Shown here piece by piece: positions 18,791-25,439 of a stretch of DNA of 64,000 nucleotides. Source of the DNA: Eubacteriales bacterium (lineage in GTDB: Bacteria; Bacillota; Clostridia; Oscillospirales; CAG-272); NCBI GenBank assembly GCA_045576815.1, contig JAZNHD010000038.1, positions 151 through 64,150 on the forward strand. Direction: 5' to 3'. The stretch's first letter is position 1, and the number at the start of each line of letters is the position of its first letter. Under the pieces are notes generated by a model that did not search any database, had not been told where the DNA came from, and saw only the letters and a program-made list of their open reading frames with translations. The position numbers were made by a program, and so were the translations under genes.

Positions 18791-19556
18791 GACGCATAAT
18801 TTCATAAGCGAACATAGTTGTCGCGGATGCTGCAGAAAGAGATGCGGAAAACTCACGGGCATAATCAATTTTAACACGCAAATCACACATATCAAGAAGC
18901 GTTTTAGATATCCCACGTCGTTCACCGCCGACTATAAGAAGCAGAGGACATTTAATCTCACAGTCTCCCAGAATGTTGTCGCATCTCTCGTCAGCGCATA
19001 CGATTTTATAGCCGTTCTGCTTGAAAATTCCGGCAGCTCCCGTAGGTTCGGATTTTAATATTTCAAACATTTCGGATGCCCCCGCGGAACTGCGTGCAAC
19101 AACGCCCGCCGCACTCATCCAGTTGCGCTCATCAAGAATTATTCCCGTGCAGCCCATAGCATAAAGAGAACGCAGAGAATATCCAAAATTATAAGGGTCT
19201 TCAATACCTTGCATCATAACGTAAAATCCGTCATTTGCCAGCCTTGTATTCTCATCAAGATAGGGAAGTACTCGTTCGCCTGTTATAGCGACTAACCCGC
19301 CGTGTGAGTTGCCGAGCGTTATTTTTTCAAGCTCCTTCGCAGTAGATTCTATAACCTGAAAATCTCCGTATTTTGAAGAAATCGCCCTAAGGTAACCTAT
19401 TTCTTTTGATATTTTAGGGAGCTTTTCTTTATCAAAAAATATTTTTTCTATTTTTCTATTATTGATTTTCGCATCGATACCGCGTAAAATCGCTCTTATA
19501 GAGGTCATACCTTCAAAAACGGTAGAATCAGTGAATTTTATTTCTTCCTTTTGCAT
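18768..19556 (-). CDS. TrmH/SpoU family RNA 2'-O-methyltransferase (RlmB-like)
   Basis: 262 aa. The C-terminal SpoU methylase knot motifs 'LLLIVGGERRGIS' and 'VKIDY...SLSAASA' are present. Confidence 0.8.
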   Translation of the reverse strand: MQKEEIKFTDSTVFEGMTSIRAILRGIDAKINNRKIEKIFFDKEKLPKISKEIGYLRAISSKYGDFQVIESTAKELEKITLGNSHGGLVAITGERVLPYLDENTRLANDGFYVMMQGIEDPYNFGYSLRSLYAMGCTGIILDERNWMSAAGVVARSSAGASEMFEILKSEPTGAAGIFKQNGYKIVCADERCDNILGDCEIKCPLLLIVGGERRGISKTLLDMCDLRVKIDYAREFSASLSAASATTMFAYEIMRQNKKTAR

Positions 19557-19618
19557 TTTGAAAACATACCTTTCATATATTTAAACAGGACTAAATCTGA
19601 AGTTAAGAGGAAAAATTT

Positions 19619-19891
19619 ATGAATAATCTATACAGTACGGACAGACCTGAAATGCTTGGCGAATACGTAATTGAAACGGGTTCTACAGTGCGAGCGACAG
19701 CGTATTATTTTGGAATCAGCAAAAGCACCGTACATAAGGATTTGGCATATAAACTTAAGAAAATTAATCCATCGCTTTACAGTGCTGTAAAGCAAGTCCT
19801 TGAGAGAAACAAATCAGAGCGACATATACGCGGCGGTGAAGCTACGCGCAAAAAATATCTCGAGAAAAGGGAAAAATCAAAAAAGCTTTAA
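19619..19891 (+). CDS. spoIIID: Sporulation transcriptional regulator SpoIIID
   Basis: 90 aa. 'TVRATAYYFGISKSTVHKDL' HTH and the basic C-terminal 'ERHIRGGEATRKKY' are highly characteristic of SpoIIID. Confidence 0.9.
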   Translation: MNNLYSTDRPEMLGEYVIETGSTVRATAYYFGISKSTVHKDLAYKLKKINPSLYSAVKQVLERNKSERHIRGGEATRKKYLEKREKSKKL

Positions 19892-19894
19892 ATC

Positions 19895-19924
19895 GGGCAG
19901 GGAAGCACCCTGCTCCGTTTTTTG
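19895..19924 (+). terminator. Terminator after spoIIID
   Basis: GGGCAGGG-aagca-CCCTGCTC (8 bp including one G.U pair) followed by CGTTTTTTG. Confidence 0.7.
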
Positions 19925-20176
19925 CCAATCTTACCATCACCTTAGATCCTACGATAATATTATAGCTCACTATATGTGTTTTTTCAAGTACTTATTAAAT
20001 GCTTTTCAATTTGATATAGTTGTTTATTGTATTACCGATTGTATTATCTAAGACTTTTTGAATAACCGCCGCCGATATTACTGTAAAATCTTGAGGTTGT
20101 CCTTTTAACTTTCAAAATCCATCTACCGCTGTGAAACGCCCCAAAACCGCTTATTTGGGCTGAAATTGCTTCCCTA

Positions 20177-20206
20177 AATTATACAAAATTTCCATTTTGT
20201 ATAATT
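20177..20206. repeat. Perfect 13-bp inverted repeat with 4-nt spacer in an ORF-free gap
   Basis: AATTATACAAAAT-ttcc-ATTTTGTATAATT, read directly. Not followed by a T-run. Confidence 0.7.
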
Positions 20207-20296
20207 CCTCATATATTTCAAACGCATTCCCTTTTATAATGTTTTTTATGTTTTGGGTGAATTTTTATAAAATTACATTAATAAAACGTTATATGC

Positions 20297-20325
20297 TTGC
20301 AAATGTTTTATTGTTATGTTATAAT
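20297..20325 (+). promoter_or_regulatory. Sigma-A promoter of the 140-aa ORF
   Basis: TTGCAA (20297-20302), 17 nt, TATAAT (20320-20325), about 30 nt before ATG 20358. Confidence 0.65.
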
Positions 20326-20357
20326 ATCGGTAGCATTATTTTTTGGAGGAAATACAT

Positions 20358-20780
20358 ATGAGAATGCGTGTTTTAACACAAACCAGCAAAGGCAAGCTTC
20401 TTGCAATTGCTGACCGCGTGACCAAACTTATCGAAGCTGACAAAGCCACTGATGTTATCATGCCCGCCTACCCTTGCGACGGTGAGCGCCTTATCGTAAT
20501 CGTTGCTACCGCAAAACCTAACATGCCTGATAGCTTCTGTCGCTTTATGCGTTCGCTTAAGAAGAGCGTTACCGCTAACATTGCCTTTATAATTGATGGC
20601 ACACCTGAAAATGCAGCTCCTATTGTTGAGATGGCAAAAACCAACAACTCCAACGTACTGGAGGATAAAATCCTTTATATCGAGGGCGGTCTTCCCTTCA
20701 AATTCTTAAAGAAGGTTTCCCCCGAGGAGATGGCAAAGGTTGAGGCTTGGGTTGCTGATATAAGAGCAAACCTCGCATAA
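20358..20780 (+). CDS. Hypothetical 140-aa protein (weak flavodoxin-fold-like pattern)
   Basis: The start is moved to ATG 20358, with GGAGGA 7 nt upstream. Alternating hydrophobic strand/helix pattern 'ERLIVIVATAKP...ANIAFIIDG...'. No signature motif recognised. Confidence 0.55.
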   Translation: MRMRVLTQTSKGKLLAIADRVTKLIEADKATDVIMPAYPCDGERLIVIVATAKPNMPDSFCRFMRSLKKSVTANIAFIIDGTPENAAPIVEMAKTNNSNVLEDKILYIEGGLPFKFLKKVSPEEMAKVEAWVADIRANLA

Positions 20781-20795
20781 AGCTATTCCCTATCT

Positions 20796-20830
20796 AAAAA
20801 TCCGACATAAGTCGGATTTTTAATTTTTAT
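20796..20830 (+). terminator. Terminator after the 140-aa ORF
   Basis: AAAAATCCGAC-ataa-GTCGGATTTTT followed by AATTTTTATTT. Confidence 0.8.
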
Positions 20831-20844
20831 TTCACTAACTCTTA

Positions 20845-20873
20845 TTGACTTTTGAAAAGGCCTATGATAAAAT
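20845..20873 (+). promoter_or_regulatory. Sigma-A promoter of the ceramidase-like gene pair
   Basis: TTGACT (20845-20850), 17 nt, TAAAAT (20868-20873). Confidence 0.6.
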
Positions 20874-20912
20874 AAGATTACAGATATTCATATCTGTAAT
20901 CTTATTTTATTT
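20874..20912 (+). promoter_or_regulatory. Promoter-proximal perfect 14-bp inverted repeat plus T-tract (operator or leader terminator/attenuator)
   Basis: AAGATTACAGATAT-tc-ATATCTGTAATCTT followed by ATTTTATTT. It begins directly after the -10 box and ends about 45 nt before ATG 20959. Confidence 0.6.
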
Positions 20913-20958
20913 AAGGCTATTAAAATGAAAAAAACTGCAAATAAGAAAGGAAAACATA

Positions 20959-22299
20959 ATGTCATTTAAAGCAGGCTTTTCAAGAGTCAATATAACGCCA
21001 CCTATGGGCATTGATCTTGGCGGATATTATATCAAGCGTCAGGCAGACCACGTCCTTGATGAGCTTTACGCCGTTGCCACCGCCGTATCATCGGGCGATA
21101 GCACGGTAGTGCTTCTCGGTCTTGACGCAATATACATCTCAAAGGACGGAACGCAGAAAATTCGCGATTACGTGAGCGAGGAGCTATCGCTTCCCCCGGA
21201 GGCGATTTTCATAGGCTGCTCTCATCCCCATACTGCACCGATTTTTCAATACGACCACAAAAATGAAGCAATAAGAGAATACTTTAACAGAACCAAGCTT
21301 GCGGTAAGAGATGCGGCAAGGCTTGCTATTTCAGACCTAAAGGAAGCTAAAGTGGGCTACGGCATCGGTACTGCACCGAGAATTGCATTCAGTCGCCGCT
21401 TCAGAATGAAGGACGGTACGGTAAGAACAAACCCCGGTGTTAAAAATCCCGATATACTGGAAGCAATAGGCGAAATCGACGAGCGCGTCAGTGTCGTCCG
21501 CTTCAACAGAGGCGATAACGACGACATTGTCCTGATAAACTTTGCCTGCCACCCCGATACAATAGGCGGTACGGGAATATCAGCAGATTGGCCCGGATTT
21601 GCAAAGAAAACCGTTGAGGCGGCTATAAATGGTGCAAAATGCATATTCTTTAACGGCTCGCAGGGAGACGTAAACCACGTCAACGTCTTCCCCCGTCCCG
21701 GTGAGGAAAACGGTCTTCATAAGGACTTTGACGACGTTGACAGAGGCTACGCGCACGCACGCCATATGGGTAACGTTGTTGCAGGCGCTGTGCTTCAGGT
21801 ATTTGAAAAGGTAAAGTGGTGCGATAGCACCGATATTAAAATCGGCAAGGCAACGGTATGCGTCCCTGCTAACCGCCCTACCCCCGACGAAATTCCCCTT
21901 GCCGCAAAGTATTCAGCCCTGCACAGCGAGGGACGCGACGGAGAAATTCCATTTACGGGTATGCAGCTAACGACCGTCCTTGCGAATTCCGCGCGAATTT
22001 TAAGGCTTAAGGACGGCCCCGATTTCTTTGAAATTCCCGTTACGGCGCTCGCAATCGGCGAAATCGCGCTTATTGGTATCCCCGGTGAGCCCTTCTCCTC
22101 GGTGGGCATTGCAATCAAGGCGATAAAGAGCCGCTTTGGAACAATCATTCCCTGCGCTCTTACGGGCGGTATGTTCGGTTATTTCCCCAACACTGAGGCG
22201 TATAACGAGGGCGGCTATGAAACCGCAACCTCAAACTACAAGAGCGGCGTTGCTGAAGTAATTACCGATGGAATCGCAAAACTAATAAAGACACTTTAA
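20959..22299 (+). CDS. Neutral/alkaline ceramidase-like N-terminal domain metallohydrolase, paralogue 1
   Basis: 446 aa. 'AGFSRVNITPPMGIDLGGY', 'LYAVATAV', 'CSHPHTAP' and 'GDVNHVN' follow the layout of the non-lysosomal ceramidase N-domain with its His-rich metal site. The family assignment is by motif memory only. Confidence 0.6.
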   Translation: MSFKAGFSRVNITPPMGIDLGGYYIKRQADHVLDELYAVATAVSSGDSTVVLLGLDAIYISKDGTQKIRDYVSEELSLPPEAIFIGCSHPHTAPIFQYDHKNEAIREYFNRTKLAVRDAARLAISDLKEAKVGYGIGTAPRIAFSRRFRMKDGTVRTNPGVKNPDILEAIGEIDERVSVVRFNRGDNDDIVLINFACHPDTIGGTGISADWPGFAKKTVEAAINGAKCIFFNGSQGDVNHVNVFPRPGEENGLHKDFDDVDRGYAHARHMGNVVAGAVLQVFEKVKWCDSTDIKIGKATVCVPANRPTPDEIPLAAKYSALHSEGRDGEIPFTGMQLTTVLANSARILRLKDGPDFFEIPVTALAIGEIALIGIPGEPFSSVGIAIKAIKSRFGTIIPCALTGGMFGYFPNTEAYNEGGYETATSNYKSGVAEVITDGIAKLIKTL

Positions 22300-22319
22300 T
22301 GTGAAAGGAAATTACTCCA

Positions 22320-23666
22320 ATGAATAGCTTAAAAGCCGGTTACTCGAGAGTAGAGGTAAATCCACCTCTTGGAATTGAAATTCCAGGATACTTTATCAAA
22401 AGATACGCAGAGAAAATACTTGATAGCGTATACACCTGCGCGCTTGCGCTTTCGGTTGAGGACGGTACAACCGCAGTTATGATAACGCTTGACTCTCTTT
22501 ACGTTCAGTTAAACGGCTGCGACGTTATAAGAGACTATCTTTCCAAGCGCTTTTCCCTGCCCCGTGAGGCCTTCTTTATAGGAAGCTCTCACTCGCACAC
22601 CGCTCCTCTTATGCAGCACAACCACGAGGATAAGCTTGTCAGTGATTATTTCAATAACACTATGCAGAAAATGGGAGATGCGGTAGCCTTTGCTCTTGCT
22701 GATATGAAGCCTGCCAAAATGGGCTTTGGCGTGGCTAACGCACCTCGTATTTCCTTTGGTCGCCGATACAGAATGAAGGACGGCTCTGTAAGAACTAATC
22801 CCGGTGTACTCAACCCCGATATTGTTGAGTCTATCGGCGAGGTCGACGAGCGCGTAAGCGTGGTTAGGTTTGACCGTGACGGTGCAGACGATATCGTACT
22901 TATTAACTTCGGCACACACCCCGACACCGTCGGCGGCAGCGTTATTTCTGCCGACTGGCCCGGCTTTGTAAGAACTACAATGGAAGCGGCTGTTCCCGGT
23001 ACAAAATGCCTTGTATTTAACGGCGCTGAGGGCGACGTCAACCACGTTAACGTTATGCCTCGCGGCGGCGAGAGAAACGGACTTACGAGAGATTTTGACG
23101 ACGTTGACAGAGGCTACTCTCACGCACGTCACATGGGTCAGGTTATTGCAGGTGCGGCGCTTCAGGTATACGAAAAGCTGCCTTACGTTGACGTCGATAA
23201 GATTACCTATGCCGAAAAGGTTGCAAAGCTCCCCGCAAACACCCCCTCGCCCGACGAGATTCCTCTTGCGCTTGAATATTCAAGACTTTATGAGGAAGGA
23301 CGCACCGACGAGATTCCGTTTACGGGTATGGGGCTTACAACCGCCCTTGCAAACGCGAGAAGAATTTTAAGACTTAAGGACGGCCCCGAGTTCTTTGAGG
23401 TGCCGCTCAGCGGTCTTGCTATCGGTAGCCTTGCATTCATCGGTATTCCCGGTGAGCCCTTCACCGCTATCGGTATGGAGCTTAAGGAGTCGCGCGAGAA
23501 TTTCGATATGGTTATTCCCTGCGCTCTTACAAACGGTGCGCGCGGATATTTTCCCGGTGATGACTCCTTTGCAGAGGGAGGATATGAGACCTCGAACTCA
23601 AATTACAGAAGCGGAGTTCAAAAGAATATGGTCGATACAGGCAAAGAGCTTCTCAAAATGCTATAA
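22320..23666 (+). CDS. Neutral/alkaline ceramidase-like N-terminal domain metallohydrolase, paralogue 2
   Basis: 448 aa and collinear with paralogue 1. Long shared blocks include RMKDG.VRTNPGV.NPDI, DERVSVVRF, DDIVLINF, ISADWPGF, GDVNHVNV, DFDDVDRGY.HARHMG, PDEIPLA, EIPFTGM.LTT.LAN, ILRLKDGP.FFE, IGIPGEPF, IPCALT and EGGYET. Confidence 0.6.
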   Translation: MNSLKAGYSRVEVNPPLGIEIPGYFIKRYAEKILDSVYTCALALSVEDGTTAVMITLDSLYVQLNGCDVIRDYLSKRFSLPREAFFIGSSHSHTAPLMQHNHEDKLVSDYFNNTMQKMGDAVAFALADMKPAKMGFGVANAPRISFGRRYRMKDGSVRTNPGVLNPDIVESIGEVDERVSVVRFDRDGADDIVLINFGTHPDTVGGSVISADWPGFVRTTMEAAVPGTKCLVFNGAEGDVNHVNVMPRGGERNGLTRDFDDVDRGYSHARHMGQVIAGAALQVYEKLPYVDVDKITYAEKVAKLPANTPSPDEIPLALEYSRLYEEGRTDEIPFTGMGLTTALANARRILRLKDGPEFFEVPLSGLAIGSLAFIGIPGEPFTAIGMELKESRENFDMVIPCALTNGARGYFPGDDSFAEGGYETSNSNYRSGVQKNMVDTGKELLKML

Positions 23667-23672
23667 AGAAAA

Positions 23673-23700
23673 TGCAGGATTCCGCGGAATCCTACATTTT
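23673..23700. terminator. Bidirectional terminator (ceramidase-like 2 + / lysC -)
   Basis: Palindrome AGGATTCCG/CGGAATCCT within TGCAGGATTCCGCGGAATCCTACA, with T-runs on both strands. Confidence 0.7.
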
Positions 23701-23705
23701 TTATT

Positions 23706-25019
23706 TTATTTTACAAATTCATTGTAAATCGAGTTAAGAGCTACAATATAATCGTTAGCATCAACACCGACGATAATGTTAAGCTCGCTTGAGCCCTGGT
23801 CAATCATTCTGATATTGACGCCCGCATCGGCGAGTGCCGTAAATACGCGCGCTGCAGTACCCTTTGCCTTAACCATTCCGCGTCCAACGACGGCAAGAAG
23901 CGCAAGGTTCTCCTCAACGAAGATGTTCTCGGGATTTACGTTCTTGCATATTCCCGCAAGCACGTCACCTCTCTTCTGCTGAAGGGATTTGGTGGAAACA
24001 ATAACCGTCATAGTATCGATACCCGAGGGAAAATGCTCAAAGGAAACCTGATTTTCCTCAAGCACTTGAAGCACACGGCGACCAAGACCAAGCTCGGAGT
24101 TCATCATAGCCTTTTCAATGGTGATGCTCGAAAAGCCCGTTCTTCCTGCGATACCGGTAATTACAGAGTCGCTGACCTCATCAGTCTCAGGCACGATAAA
24201 CGTACCGTCATCTTCAGGCTTATTGGTGTTTCTTATGTTAATCGGGATTTTTGAATATCTTACGGGGAAAATAGCATCCTCATGGAGAACGGTAGCGCCC
24301 ATATAGGAAAGCTCGCGAAGCTCCTTATAAGTAATAGTCTTTATGGGGCGGGGGTTAGCTATAATTCTCGGGTCAGCCATAAGGAATCCGGATACGTCAG
24401 TCCAGTTCTCATAGAGAGTCGCAGAAGCAGCTCTTGCAACTATCGAGCCGGTAATATCTGAGCCACCGCGCGAGAAGGTCTTGATCGTTCCGTTAGGCAT
24501 TGAGCCGTAAAATCCGGGGATAACGGCATACTCATATCTTGCAAGGTAGTCACGCATAACGTCATTGGTCTTCTCTGCGTTAAAGGTACCGTCCTCGTTG
24601 AAGAAAATAACCTTTTTAGCATCTATAAAGCTAAAACCAAGATATTTTGCGAGTATCATAGCGTTAACGTATTCGCCTCTTGAGGCAACGTAATCGCGGC
24701 CGGAGCTATGAAGGACGGAGAGTCTGATTTTCTCAAACACCTCGGTAAGATCAAGCTCGATGCCAAGGTCGTTTACGATAGCTACGTATCTTTCTTTAAT
24801 TTCCTCGAAAACATCGGTTATGTCCTCTTCGTCTGCGGCTAGTGCATAACACTTGTAGAGAAGGTCGGTAATCTTGTTATCTGCGTTGTTGCGCTTACCG
24901 GGAGCAGAAGCAACAACGTACCGTCTTGTAGGATCGCTCTTAATAATTTCAGCAACCGAACGGAAATGTTCGGCATCGGCAAGCGAGCTACCGCCGAATT
25001 TAAGCACCTTGAGGCTCAT
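23706..25019 (-). CDS. lysC: Aspartate kinase
   Basis: 'KVLKFGGSSLADAEHF', 'VVASAPGK' and C-terminal tandem ACT-like regions. Confidence 0.85.
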   Translation of the reverse strand: MSLKVLKFGGSSLADAEHFRSVAEIIKSDPTRRYVVASAPGKRNNADNKITDLLYKCYALAADEEDITDVFEEIKERYVAIVNDLGIELDLTEVFEKIRLSVLHSSGRDYVASRGEYVNAMILAKYLGFSFIDAKKVIFFNEDGTFNAEKTNDVMRDYLARYEYAVIPGFYGSMPNGTIKTFSRGGSDITGSIVARAASATLYENWTDVSGFLMADPRIIANPRPIKTITYKELRELSYMGATVLHEDAIFPVRYSKIPINIRNTNKPEDDGTFIVPETDEVSDSVITGIAGRTGFSSITIEKAMMNSELGLGRRVLQVLEENQVSFEHFPSGIDTMTVIVSTKSLQQKRGDVLAGICKNVNPENIFVEENLALLAVVGRGMVKAKGTAARVFTALADAGVNIRMIDQGSSELNIIVGVDANDYIVALNSIYNEFVK

Positions 25020-25052
25020 CTAAAGAAATCTCCTGTCGAAAAAGATACTAAT

Positions 25053-25081
25053 ATTATATGAGAAAATAACAGATTTGTCAA
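25053..25081 (-). promoter_or_regulatory. Sigma-A promoter of lysC
   Basis: Minus strand TTGACA (25081-25076), 17 nt, TATAAT (25058-25053). The leader is only about 30 nt. Confidence 0.7.
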
Positions 25082-25141
25082 GAGTAAAATATATAAAATA
25101 CTTATTTAATCAAAAAACTATCAAAAAAGGCAAAAAATCAC

Positions 25142-25170
25142 TTGACAATTGAAAATCAGTCTGCTATAAT
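25142..25170 (+). promoter_or_regulatory. Sigma-A promoter of tRNA-Ser
   Basis: Consensus TTGACA (25142-25147), 17 nt, TATAAT (25165-25170), 13 nt before the tRNA 5' end. Confidence 0.8.
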
Positions 25171-25183
25171 ATAGAGGTCTCGT

Positions 25184-25274
25184 GGAGAGATGGCCGAGTT
25201 GGTCTAAGGCGCACGACTGGAAATCGTGTATACCCTAACCGGTATCATGGGTTCGAATCCCATTCTCTCCGCCA
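25184..25274 (+). tRNA. tRNA-Ser (anticodon GGA), type II long variable arm, CCA encoded
   Basis: GGAGAGATGGCCGAGTTGGTCTAAGGCGCACGACTGGAAATCGTG...GGGTTCGAATCCCATTCTCTCCGCCA. Anticodon loop CTGGAAA and acceptor GGAGAGA/TCTCTCC. Confidence 0.9.
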
Positions 25275-25312
25275 CAAAAGCGAAACCGCCCAAAAGGGCG
25301 GTTTTGCTTTTG
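25275..25312 (+). terminator. Hairpin terminator after tRNA-Ser
   Basis: CAAAAGCGAAACCGCCC-aaaa-GGGCGGTTTTGCTTTTG, a 17-bp stem with one G.U pair. Confidence 0.65.
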
Positions 25313-25388
25313 TGATGGCGAGGGTATAGAATCGAATCCTCTCTTGCCTATGGCAAGAATTGGGTTCGCATGTTTGCGATGCCAAACC

Positions 25389-25430
25389 AAATCGCCGCCC
25401 GCAGATTTTCATCTGCAGACGGCGATTTTT
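25389..25430. terminator. Terminator hairpin 3' of the 944-aa repeat-protein gene
   Basis: AAATCGCCGCCCGCAGA-ttttca-TCTGCAGACGGCGATTT (two mismatches), 10 nt beyond the stop at 25440. Confidence 0.6.
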
Positions 25431-25439
25431 AAATTAGAG

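Noticed and set aside
20925-20969. 14-codon 'leader peptide' MKKTANKKGKHNVI overlapping the start of ceramidase-like gene 1.
   Set aside because: No Shine-Dalgarno precedes it and no regulatory codon run is present. The AAAGGA inside it is better explained as the SD of the main gene.
22509-23132. 207-aa minus-strand ORF (with 131-aa and 108-aa companions) antisense to the ceramidase-like paralogues.
   Set aside because: These are mirror-frame artefacts of the sense genes. There are no start signals, and the sense strand shows clear paralogue conservation.
25020-25141. Looked for a lysine (L-box) riboswitch upstream of lysC, and for a T-box upstream of glnS (31768-32493).
   Set aside because: The lysC promoter leaves only about a 30-nt leader. 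glnS is preceded directly by the MBL gene, so there is no room for either element.
25313-25352. tRNA-3'-end-like fragment (…AATCGAATCCTCTCTTGCC…) about 45 nt downstream of tRNA-Ser, a possible att-site scar of an integrative element.
   Set aside because: Only an 8-mer (TCGAATCC) plus short pieces match the tRNA-Ser T-arm and acceptor. The fragment is not an exact duplicate, and no integrase or foreign genes flank it.
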